A stretch of 64,000 bases of DNA, taken from the NCBI GenBank assembly GCA_904063045.1, contig CAJFCJ010000016.1, positions 124,001 through 188,000 on the forward strand. The letters are read 5' to 3'. A model generated the notes under the pieces. It was not told the origin of the DNA. It saw nothing but the letters and a program-made list of their open reading frames with translations, and ran no database searches. The position numbers and the translations under genes were made by a program. The DNA is from Dimorphilus gyrociliatus. Its lineage: Eukaryota > Animalia > Annelida. Shown one piece after another: positions 53,236 to 64,000 of the stretch. The number at the start of each line of letters is the position of its first letter. Position 1 is the stretch's first letter.

Positions 53236-56200
53236 ATGCCAAGTGCAGGAGCTCTAATTGCACCGGTAATAACCACAATTAGCAGAGATGGTCGATCTGG
53301 ACAAAAGATTGATACGTCCACATTTGTAATGCTTGATACAGGTACGTGAAATTTAATAAATAATACATAAAAGTTATTTAGGAGCATCTGCACATAGCAA
53401 CCAAGTGTTACCTAGTAAAATAATAAAATTACAACTAGAGTTTTATACATAACTAACTTATAAATCTAATAAATCAGGAATGTTTAAGACAAATAAAATA
53501 ATTCAGAAAATAAACTATTTATATCGTTTCAGATTCACAAAATTGTAAAATGTACTTTACAACCGACGGTACGAAGCCCAATCCTTTCCAATTAAAATTG
53601 GCAGGAAGAGAGGTAACTTTTCGATACAGTGGTCCATTCACCCTTAAACCTGGAAAAAGAACCCTAAAAGCCATAGCCGTTTCTCGAGATGGCCTACAGG
53701 AGAGTAATGTTGTGACCAGGACTTTTAGTGTTGACGATGTTGGTGAACCCACTGAAGCTGATGAAAATTGGTTGGCATCTTTAGATGAAGAAGATTTAAA
53801 AAGGACCAGAAGAAGCTGTCCTACGATTAGTACCGGCGTTCCTAAAATGACTCATTCATCAGTAAGACTTTAGTTTTACATAAAGTTTACAATCCTTACG
53901 CGCATGATTAATTCCTTATCAGAAATCAAAGATAAAAGAAGCATGGGGAAATACGACAGCTTCCTATATAAGTCATTCGGATGGAAAACATGAACGTTAG
54001 TATATTTATATTTACACTAATATTCTTTTTAAGAAAATGTTTACTATGCAGATGTCCCTGGTGTTGATGGGCCAACTGAAAGTCATGTCCAAGTTCCAGA
54101 AAATGGAGGATTTATACCTACTAATTATAGTGGAACTCAATATAATTTTTGGGGAGTGGCTCCAGCAGCATTTCCAGCTCCAGGAAATGGAGTTAGCTAT
54201 CCATATCATTCTCAATTGGGCTCCATGACTCAACAAATGCTAAACAACTTGAACAGAAATTCTCAGCAAATCTCTGTAGAAGATATGAGAAAAATGCTTC
54301 AAGAAGAGGCAAAAAAGGCCTTACCACCTCCGCAACCGGAACCGAAAATTGTAGAAGTTGAACGAGAGCCACCGTTAAAAGATAGGAGTAGCGGATCATG
54401 GAGAGAACAAGTGGATCATTTGTACGCGCATATAATAGACAAATGCCAGAAAAATGCTAATCTAAGAGCTAAATTTGCAAATTCCAAACTAGGACGAGTA
54501 ACTTCTGTTGAATTTGATGGTGAAGAAAGAGGTTTTCTTCTCACTGTTGCTGTCGCAAGAACTGGTAAGAGAATAAAGTGAAAATAAAATAACTATTGGA
54601 AGAATCTAATTGTTAAATAACTATTTTGCTTATTAGATAAACCACCGCCAACAGCCAAACCAGTCAAACCAGTCAAACCTCCATCACCTCCAAAACCAGC
54701 TCCTGCTCCAGCTCCAGTAAAAGCGAAACCTAAACCAACAGTTACAAAAACAAAGAGACCGATTGTGCCTCCAAAGGAAATGAAAAAAGAGGAAAGATTA
54801 AAGAGAGAGGATCCATACTTTGTTCAGGAAGACTATGAAGTAAGTTTAAAGAGAATATTAGCGTTTCCTCTGCGTATTTTTCATCTTTCTTTTCAATATT
54901 AACAATAAGATGTATAGTATATCTAATGATTAAAAAGTCACATACTAAAGTCGATTTTTCATATTTCTCTATATTCTTTATTACAAAATCTAACCAATAA
55001 ATAGCAGGATAGGAGAAAGAAAAAGAAAAAAGTATTAAAAGTACCGAAAAAGTCCTATGTTGATTCTTACTTTCTTATGGAAGACTATGAGGTTGAGACA
55101 CCGCAAAGTTTTATAAGATTGATTTCTATGTGTTGATCCGAAACTTATTGATTTTCAATTGTCTTTTGCTTCATGAATATTCGTAAAAAATTATAACAGT
55201 AAAAATTTAATTAGGCAGTAATTTATTAGCTTCTCTTCAATGTAATTCTATATTTTAATGCTAATTTTTATTATTTAACAGCAAGAGGGAACTTTAAAAC
55301 CTTGGCCGTCGTTTAATGCCGAAAGAGACTGTGAAATACTAAGAAAAGCTATGAAAGGAATAGGAACGGACGAGAAGGCAATTATTAATGTAATGACTTA
55401 CAGATCCAGTGTACAACGTCAGGAAATTTACACGATGTTTAAGACAATGTTCGGAAAGGATCTTAAAAAAGAATTTGATTCCGAGCTTAGCGGAAATTTC
55501 AACCAAATTTGTCAGGCTCTTTGTCTTGGAGCAGCTGAGTATGATGCTAGTGAAATTCATAGGGCAATAGATGGACTGGGAACAGACGAAGATGCCCTTG
55601 TTGAAATACTTTGCACGAGAACCAACCAACAAATAGAGCGTGTAAAACAGCTCTATAAGAAGATGTATAATGTTGAAATGGAGAAGGACGTTATCGATGA
55701 TACTTCTGGTCATTTTAAGAGATTACTTGTGTCACAAATTCAGGCAAATAGAGATGAAAGCACGAAATATGACCAAACGGCTGCCAAAGCCGATGCTAAA
55801 GCGCTGTATGATGCTGGTGAAGGTAAATGGGGAACGGACGAGAGTAAATTTAATGAGATACTCTGTTCAAGAAGTTTTGCTCATTTGAGAGCAACTTTTA
55901 ACGCTTATGCAGAAATTAGCAAGAAAGATATTGAAGATGCTATAAAGAGTGAATTTTCCGGAGATATAATGCAAGGTCTATTAGCGGTAGTCAGATGTAT
56001 TAGAGATAAGCCAGCATACTTTGCAAAACGTCTTCAGAAGGCAATGAAAGGTCTAGGAACAGATGATGACGCCCTCTTACGAGTAGTCATTACAAGATGC
56101 GAGTGCGATATGGTTCAAATAAAAGAGGCTTTTCAAAAGAACTACTCGGGATCTTTGGCTGAATGGATTAAGGATGATACATCTGGAGACTATCTAGAAG

Positions 56201-57322
56201 CTTTATTAGCGTTGATTGGAGAAAGAGCAGCTCCTGTACCATCTGCGGAAGATTTAGCCGAAGCTGAACCTGAACCAGAACTTGAAGAATATGAAGAAGA
56301 GACATTACCAGAAGACCCCACGCTTTTACCAGCCGACCCATTTGACCCTAAGAGAGATTGCGAGATTCTAAGAAAAGCAATGAAAGGCTTTGGTACAGAT
56401 GAAGCTGCAATAATAAGTGTTATGGGGCATAGATCGTTCGAACAAAGAGCAGATATAGTGAAAATGTATAAGACTATGTTCGGAAAAGATTTAGTCAAAG
56501 AGCTAAAGAGTGAAACTTCCGGCAACTTCGCTCAGCTTTTAGAATCCCTTTGCCTTGATGCAATCACTTTTGATGCTAAGGAGTTAAAGAAAGCTATGAA
56601 GGGTATGGGAACTGATGAGAATGCGCTAATCGAAATAATTTGTACCAGGTCGACAGCACAAATGGCTGCAATTGTGGAGAGATATAAGGAATTATATAGT
56701 AAAACTTTAGAAGATGATATTATATCTGATACATCCGGTCATTTTAAGAGACTTTTAGTGGCTCTTGTACAAGCAAACAGACCGGATACGGGTAATACTA
56801 TAGATAGAGCAAAGGCAAGAAAGGATGCAAACGATTTGTTTAAAGCTGGTGAAGAGAAATGGGGAACAGACGAAAGTAGATTTAATGTTATACTCTGTTC
56901 TAGAAGTTTCGGCCAATTAAGGGCAACATTTGAAGAGTACCAGAAACTGAGCAACAAAACTATAGAAAAAAGTATAGAAAGCGAGATGAGTGGAGATCTA
57001 AAGAAAGGAATGCTTACTGTAATTGCTTGTATTAGAAATAAATCAGAGCAATTTGCCAAGATGCTACATAAATCTATGAAAGGGTTAGGAACCGATGACA
57101 ATTCCCTTATACGTATTCTTGTGACAAGATGCGAAGTTGATATGGTTCAAATAAAGGAGAAATTCCAGAGTCTCTATAAACAAACCTTAGCAGAATTCAT
57201 TAAGGTAAAGCATTATTGATTTTTTTTAATAATTGAAACTCTCACTCATTATTCCTCTTTTAATTAAATAGGACGATACATCCGGAGATTATAGGAAGTT
57301 ACTTCTCTCGCTAATTGGTTAA
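53236..57322 (+). CDS. Chimeric protein: DZANK1-like N-terminal Fn3-type domain + linker + Pro-rich segment + double annexin core (8 repeats); 8 exons, ~1,093 aa
   Basis: Exons 53236-53341, 53533-53861, 53923-53995, 54052-54564, 54637-54839, 55008-55091, 55282-57204, 57272-57322, all GT-AG and phase-compatible with no internal stop. N-terminus MYFTTDGTKP...FRYSGPFTLKPGKRTLKAIAVSRDGLQESNVVTRTF; eight GxGTDE/KWGTDE annexin repeats. Confidence 0.85.
53407..53419. promoter_or_regulatory. RFX/X-box-like element in intron 1 of the annexin-fusion gene
   Basis: GTTACCTAGTAAA (12/13 match to GTTACCTAGTAAC), with ATAGCAAC half-sites at 53105-53112 and 53394-53401. Confidence 0.45.
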
Positions 57323-58008
57323 AGCTATTTTTCCCTACATTCTACCTTCTCATCTTTCCATCTTTTCTCCAAATTCTGAGACTTACATAAAAACGTTTTC
57401 TTTTTTTTTAACTTTTTTGTTAACTCTTGTGCTTGTAATATTTTAAAGATTTCAATGTTTTAGAAGAAAACCATCTGTATGAGATTCAATAGGCAGACTT
57501 TTTTTTAAAAATAGAATTATATACAATTTTCCGTATATAGTATGTACATTGATATATACCATATAAGTATATTAGTATATTTTCTATTATATAATAATTG
57601 ATTACAGACAGTGGCTATACAACTAAACCTTTCTCTTTCTGCTTTGTTTTCTTAAAGTGATCTGCCTGCAGCTAAAAATATACATACCCTTTATAAGTTT
57701 TGTATTTATTTCATAAGTTATATATCTATTCATTATATACTTCATTTTATTAAATAAATCACCAAACGTTCGTTTGAAAGGACAAATGATAAAAGAGACG
57801 AGACAGTAAGTTCTCTTTAGTCTGGTTTCATGTTCAAATTATTAATAATAGGAATACATTTTTGTCGTGAAAAAAACGGTGAATTAGTTACCTATTCCCA
57901 CTTCTAAATGAATCTTAATTTAAATGGTCTGTTAGAGTTACCAGTCTACAGGTATTGCGATGGTAACAGGACGCTTTACTGGATAATAGTTGTCCTGATG
58001 TAATTTAC

Positions 58009-60884
58009 ATGTCGTTAAAAAAAGGGAAAACGATGAAGGAGATGAATCAGGACAATTGGTTGACGGGACGTCCTAGTGTCATTCCACATCCTCCACCGTT
58101 AAATATAAAGGTAAAAATTGAAAGAAGGGCAGACGTCCTTTTGGCGCGTGCTGAAGCTCAGTTTAAAGAATCCAAAGCCAAAGTTGCAACCGCCAAAGCT
58201 TTAAAAATTCCAAACAGAGAAGAAATAGAATTAGCAGCGGCAAAATCTGAATTAGCTTTCAAAGCAATGAAAAAGTTATATGCGGAAATTGAACACGCCA
58301 AAGATGAACTTAGAAAAGCTGAAAATGCTATGGAAATGACTAGGTGTAGAAAGAGGGTTGCATGGCTTCATGACAGAATGCATAAGACGGTTGTAGTCCA
58401 GCAATCTTTAAATGAAAAGAACTATAATGAAAGTCAACCAAATATTGATACGTTCTTTGGAAAGGCAAATAAGTCCGATAAGATTAATCGAATTACAGAC
58501 AAGCCTTTGGGATCTTTTCTGGGAAAAATGAAGCTATCACAAAAAGAAGTTAATTTACCGATGGTGTTTGGTAGAGAAGGACCAGAGAGCTTAATTACAG
58601 ATGACGCTCAATATAAAACCGATACAAAAACGTCGGAAATATCTGATTTCGAATTGAGAGAGCAAATCATAGAGAATGAAAGTTATCCTTTAGATTCTTT
58701 ATTAAGAGATGAGTCCAATATTTCCAATGATCAAGAAGGCAAATACGAATATTCAGATGAGAATTTAGAAGAGAGAGGTTCTATTGACAACAATGAACTT
58801 AGTAATACAGACGATGACAATAAAACAGATATCAGAAAGAAAGTCGAGTTTAAAGGAGATTCCTTCTCTGGAGGAAAGAGCGGAAAACTATCTCCTACAG
58901 GATCTTTAGAGTCTTATCCAGATCATCCAGTATTTAGCATTGCAGGTACAAGTATATTCGACGATGAAATTTTAAATATAGTTGACAAATCGGAAATTGA
59001 AAGCGAGAAAACGGGAGAGATTGAAGAAGAATCGAATCATGACGCAGCGTCGTTGTATTGGGAGAGAGAACATAATCGATTGGAAATCGGAGAACAAGCT
59101 GTTCTAGATCAGGATCCAACGTCTTATCACGCAATGGCTATTGCAGTTTCCGGTACATTTTTGACGAAAAAACCCGAAGAGCCTAAGCCTCTTCCGTGGA
59201 ACTCGAAAAACGATTCAAATGTTCATAGATTAGGTATAGAGAAATTTCAACAGAAGTTATTTCGCCTACAAAACGCTGTTTTCGATGCCGCCGGAGAGTC
59301 TATCCCCCGGACGGCGTTTACTCCAAAAGTTGAAAGGATACTAGCGAACGAAAGAGACAGTTCATCTGTTATGGAAATCAAGAATAATAAATTTACTGGA
59401 GATCAGAGATTGGGGACATCCTTTTCAGGAAGATTAGTTTACTATCCTGCTCCTTTAACCCCTCCTGCCATACTGCCTACGACTCGTCTGGTAAGTATGC
59501 TAATTTCTCTAATGAAATAAGAAGAGCTTTGGGAATGATACGATCATTAAAGATACGTCTAACTTTTTCTTTACAGAGCGCAGGAGTAATTGTTCCCACG
59601 AAACCTTCCAAGTATAGCTTTTCTACACCCGATAAAGTTCCATCCGCACAAGGCGTAGCGGAACAGCATAATTTGAAAGACGAAACCAAGCTAACTCTCT
59701 TTAAAGCTAGGCCTGTATTAACAATGGAAAAAACATCTGAATCAATTCCCATCAAACAGAATTTAATGTATAGGCTAACATTAGATTCGAGAGATTCCTG
59801 GGCAAAGATGAAGCCAAGATCTGGTGTTTTAGTTCATTCAGGTATAAAGTGGGAACGAGTTAAAGATTTAGTCGGTCGGGGACTTCTTTCGGAAAGAGAA
59901 GAAGAGAGAATAGATGCTGCAAGGAATTTAGGTATTCTTAATTGTGCTGACACAACAGTAATCGGAGCTTTGAGAAAAAGATTGGAAGAAGATAAGAGTG
60001 AAAGGGTACGGTTTGAATCGTGTGTTAGCCTAATTAAGGCAGGTGCTTGGGATGAAAAGCTTATGGAAAGCGCAACAGACTTTTTAGCTTTGGGTAACAG
60101 TGATATGAGAATGCATATTTTAAAGTCACTAAATATTTCCCCTAGATTGAAATTAATGCCAAATAGACACTTTATTCAAGTTCTTATCCACTTAACAAAA
60201 AGACCAAATAAGAATTTAGCTTTCATGGCTTCAATCATTCTCGGAAAACTTGGTAACTCCGAAGCCGAACCGATATTATTCGAACTTCTCAAAGAGGACG
60301 ACGTCAATCATAATTTAAGAGCTCAAGCCTTAGAGGTGTTAATAAAGGACCTAGGTGAAACTGACAAAATCGTAATAGATGCTGTGTTGAACCAATTATT
60401 GCATTCACCATCTTGGAAGGAAAGAAAGAGTGCTTGCCGTCTATTATCATCACTTGGTATAACTTTCCTCCCGTTAGAAAAGACTTATAACGTATTAGAA
60501 CAAAAATTATGGGATGAACCATCCAAATTAGTCAGAAAGGAATGTGCCGAGACGTTAACCTCACTTGGATTATTAGCAAGAGCAGCGTTGAATACAGAAA
60601 AGAAATTGGAAGATAAGACTGCCGAGGGAAGAGCTCAAGCTGTAATAGCCGTAGGGACTTTAGGAATGCATACAAATAGAATACTGAGAATGCTACTCGA
60701 AATGTTAGAATTAGATTCGAGTGAACACGTAAGAGTCCTTGTAATACGAACTTTAGTGAGCCTGGGAGCTAGGGAGAGTCAAGTCATTAGAGCTTTGAAC
60801 GATAAGCACTCAAAAGGTGATGGAATTCTCTCAAAAGAGGCATCCAAGGCTCTTATGCAATTATCTTCTTCCGCAAGTGCCTAA
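58009..60884 (+). CDS. HEAT/armadillo-like repeat protein with N-terminal coiled coil and acidic disordered region (HEATR4-like architecture); 2 exons, ~929 aa
   Basis: Intron 59491-59576 (CTG|gtaagt...ttacag|AGC, phase 0) joins the two track ORFs. C-terminal helical repeats such as LEEDKSERVRFESCVSL, LWDEPSKLVRKECAETL, LELDSSEHVRVLVIRTL. Confidence 0.8.
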
Positions 60885-62168
60885 TACGCAAATACTGTAT
60901 TTATCAAAAATGTATAGTCTCTCTCTATCGTTTTAAAATATAACGTTCCAGTACAACAGTATTAAAATGTTTTTATTACGTAATACATTTATAAAAAAAG
61001 ACTTTCTTTTATGTTTACTTTATCTAGTTTGTATCCGAACCTTATTTCTTTTCTATACAAACATCGTTAAGTATTAAATTTACAAAAAAACAATCTACTT
61101 ATGTTTAGTTAGCTGACAAACTGTCTAATTAAGATTATTTATTAAAAATATAGAAAGAAAATTGTGTCAAAAGTAATCTACTTGTGAAACAATCAAGATT
61201 TAAAAAGAAAACATTTCCATCCATTGTCAAGTATACAGAGAGAATGAAATTAATTTGCATTAATGAATATTTATAACCCTTTTTGATTAATATTTTAAAT
61301 TTCATGAGGTAGGTATAAGTGTCAAATAAATAATGACTTAAAAACTCTAAAACGGATACAGATATGACGCATCAACCATTTTATCTTTTAATTATTATTA
61401 GAAAGTTTGCTACAGGAAATGAGCGAAGCCTTTTGTTTTACGCCCACAGTTGGTCTCAATGTTTTATTTAAATATATATACAGTGTACAATATATGCTGT
61501 ATATAAGAAAAAATGTGGGTAATACTTTATATATTAACCATTCACTTACGTCATAAATTCTAATATATGCCATAAAGAATGTTATATAAAGTTATGATTC
61601 TTTTCTTATTATCAGTTAAAGTAAGTTGATTTTATCACGTATATCTTTATATCTTTATATTTATTAGGAACTAAAGATTAGGGAAAATACTAATTAAAAA
61701 TTATTGATTATTGTTATTTGATTAAAAAGTATATATACCTTTTATTACTTAATTATTCCTCTTTTCGTCATTTTCTGCTGATTATTTATATTATATTATA
61801 CATTTTCAATATAATCTACAATTGTATCATTTAAATAAAATGGCTTAAAACTAAAATAAATCATTTCCTTTGCATTCTCATATTTTCTCTTCTTCTTTCT
61901 CCCTTCCCGCCACTCTCCTCTCTTACGTGTTTTTTCTTTAAATCAACTTGGGACATGTACAAATCGCATATTTTTCGTGTTCAACCGACTTTCAAATAAT
62001 CATACACCAACAAAGAAAGTTGAATGAGCCAATTTACCTTGGGAAATTGATATTTCTTAATTATCATAAAAGTTGCCTGTAAGAAGAGTATGAGAAGAAG
62101 AGAATAGAAGAGTACAATTATTCTTAAATTATTATTATTATTTATTATTATTTTTAAGACTAGTTTTG

Positions 62169-63194
62169 TTATATAATATCCACTTCCGGCTCCTGTTTCT
62201 GGTAGGAAGCTTTTCTCGTTTCACTAAAAAAACTCAGATTTTCTGAATTACGGTTCGTTTTCCTATCGCTCTCTACACGAAAAAATATATTCAGTTAATA
62301 AAAAAAAACACTATATTAGCGTTTTTTAAAGCCTACCTCACCAAAGAGGGTCACGTGATTAATATATGAATTTTCAGAATTTTAATTTTCATTAATTATT
62401 AATATATATATACTATTGTGTTACATATTAAGTTATATATATTTATATACTGGATACATGCCTATATCACTTATATATACTTTAGAAAGCTCTTAATAAA
62501 CCGCCAAAAATTTCTGTTTCAAACATGAACTTTCTTAGATTCTAATTGGTTTGAAAGTGGTACGTTAGATTTTAAGACAAAACAGAGATCGTTGACTGAT
62601 AGGACAAGTCACGTGACACACTTTGTAATTTAATATAAAAAAATTATTCGATTCTTACGGTTATTCGATAAGTTGGCTGATCCACGTTCCCTATAACAAA
62701 GGCATAGAGTAACGGTTAACGCAATGCTAATTATCATAATGATAGCAAATGCGTATGATGTCATAAGCAGTGTTCTGTTGAGGGCAAAAAGTAAATAGTA
62801 AGCAGGTAAGAAATAAATTAGGGTGATAAAAAAAAATAGACGATAGACGGAAATCAATTAACTCGGATGATTTCGAGTGTAAAGTCATGTCGGAGAAGAG
62901 AAAGAGAGATAAAGAAATGAAGAAAGAAAGGAAGGAAAGGATATATATATATATAGAGGGAGAAAGAGAGGGAGAGAGAAATACTCACAATTTTGGATCA
63001 GTAAAGGTTGTATTTTGAGGCAACCTGAGATTCTTTTCATCACAGCAATGTTTAGCGTCTGGCTTGCCACAACAAAAGTTATCACAAAAGAAACCACCGC
63101 GACGATGAGATTTTGAATCTATATAATCATAGCAATATTCTTCCGTTGCGGTTAAAGAAGCTAAGGATGTAAAAACAACTTGACGGTAGAACAT
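62169..63194 (-). CDS. Shisa/VOPP1-like single-pass membrane protein; exons 63194-62989, 62774-62659 and a tentative last exon ending 62169
   Basis: Cys pattern C-(x)-GFFCDNFCCG-(x)-CC after a short leader, then TM segment YAFAIIMIISIALTVTLCLCY. Last exon (QNLSFFSETRKASYQKQEPEVDII*) uncertain. Confidence 0.75.
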
Positions 63195-64000
63195 GGTTGC
63201 AAGAAGAAAACAATCTACTTTTTTAAATAACGCTCTCTAGTGGCAAAACGTTTTCTGGCCTATTAGGAAAAAAGTCTAATAAGCTTCTGATTGCGAATGA
63301 GATATCATATCGTGACTAATCGGCGGCAATTTTATACTATATGAATTCACGATAGATTGCCTTTTCAGGGAACATGAAGGGTTTGTTTAGTTCCTTAACG
63401 GCATGATAACGTAAGGATATAATTGCGATAGGGAAATACTAAAAAACTTAATGAAATATCTCGAATAACGTTCTTAACATTTTCTTAGCATTATGTTAGT
63501 CTTTAATTGAGATCATTTGATCCTTACAATACCTAAATAATCATGATTAGAAAAGATTTATTGGCTTTGCAATAGAAAGAGAAAAACTAAATGACACGCT
63601 TCACTCTATATTACGTGTAATATCAGTTTGCTCTTCGTGGAAAAAGTTATCTAGAACCCTTCTGATTGTTTCCCTTTAATATCTAGTATTATCTGTTGAC
63701 AATTCAGTCAGAAATACCTTTGAGGTTTGGAGAATATAGTCTTTTTACACTTGACTTTTATAGCTTCGTGCCAACTAGCATCAGATTCGTCTATTCTTAT
63801 TTTCTATCCTCTTTCTTTTCATTAAGAAAATTAAGGAAGAGAAAATTTATACTTGAAATTACAAGAAGAGAGAACTCAAGATATTATGTGTAGCTTTTAT
63901 ATGTTACAGTAATTTTGTTGCGGTTTTAACATTTTTATTGCATTTATAAGAATCTAATGTTTAAATAACATAACAGAATGTTAATACATAATATCCAAAG

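Noticed and set aside
55351-57219. Calling the annexin ORF ANXA6, or the N-terminal ORF DZANK1
   Set aside because: Eight repeats alone do not establish orthology, and the zinc ribbons and ankyrin repeats of DZANK1 are absent; gene symbols left blank.
63696-63893. Plus-strand ORF at the window end
   Set aside because: Starts at a non-ATG codon and is low-complexity F/S/Y-rich; at most a 5' fragment of a gene outside the window.
1-64000. CRISPR arrays, rRNA/tRNA genes, prophage or defence operons
   Set aside because: The DNA is spliceosomal-intron-containing and eukaryotic. No regularly spaced repeats or structured-RNA signatures were seen by eye; tRNAscan/Infernal were not run.

Overview
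AT-rich eukaryotic (metazoan) genomic DNA with the standard code. The window is gene-dense, with mostly ~55-100 nt GT-AG introns and short intergenic gaps, i.e. a strongly compacted invertebrate genome. A lophotrochozoan such as a miniaturised annelid is plausible, but that is inference. No prokaryotic features, CRISPR arrays, rRNA or tRNA genes were seen. Gene order reconstructed by eye: SNX27(-) with a nested antisense coiled-coil ORF in its one large intron; PBRM1/polybromo(-); RAB11FIP3/4-like(+); intronless MMP(+); VWA8(+); second MMP(+); SUPT5H(-); stand-alone HELZ2/UPF1-like SF1B helicase(+); AFMID(-); Tc1/mariner remnant; orphan ORF; MRPS25(-); unresolved ORF; SLC7 LAT-type amino-acid transporter(+); unknown membrane protein(+); NDUFA4(-); a ~1,090-aa spliced chimera joining a DZANK1-like N-terminal Fn3-type domain to a double (8-repeat) annexin(+); HEAT-repeat protein(+); Shisa-like protein(-). 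The most striking observation is the Fn3/DZANK1-N plus octad-annexin fusion, whose promoter and first intron carry several RFX/X-box-like motifs. All homology calls come from recognising motifs by eye, not from database searches.
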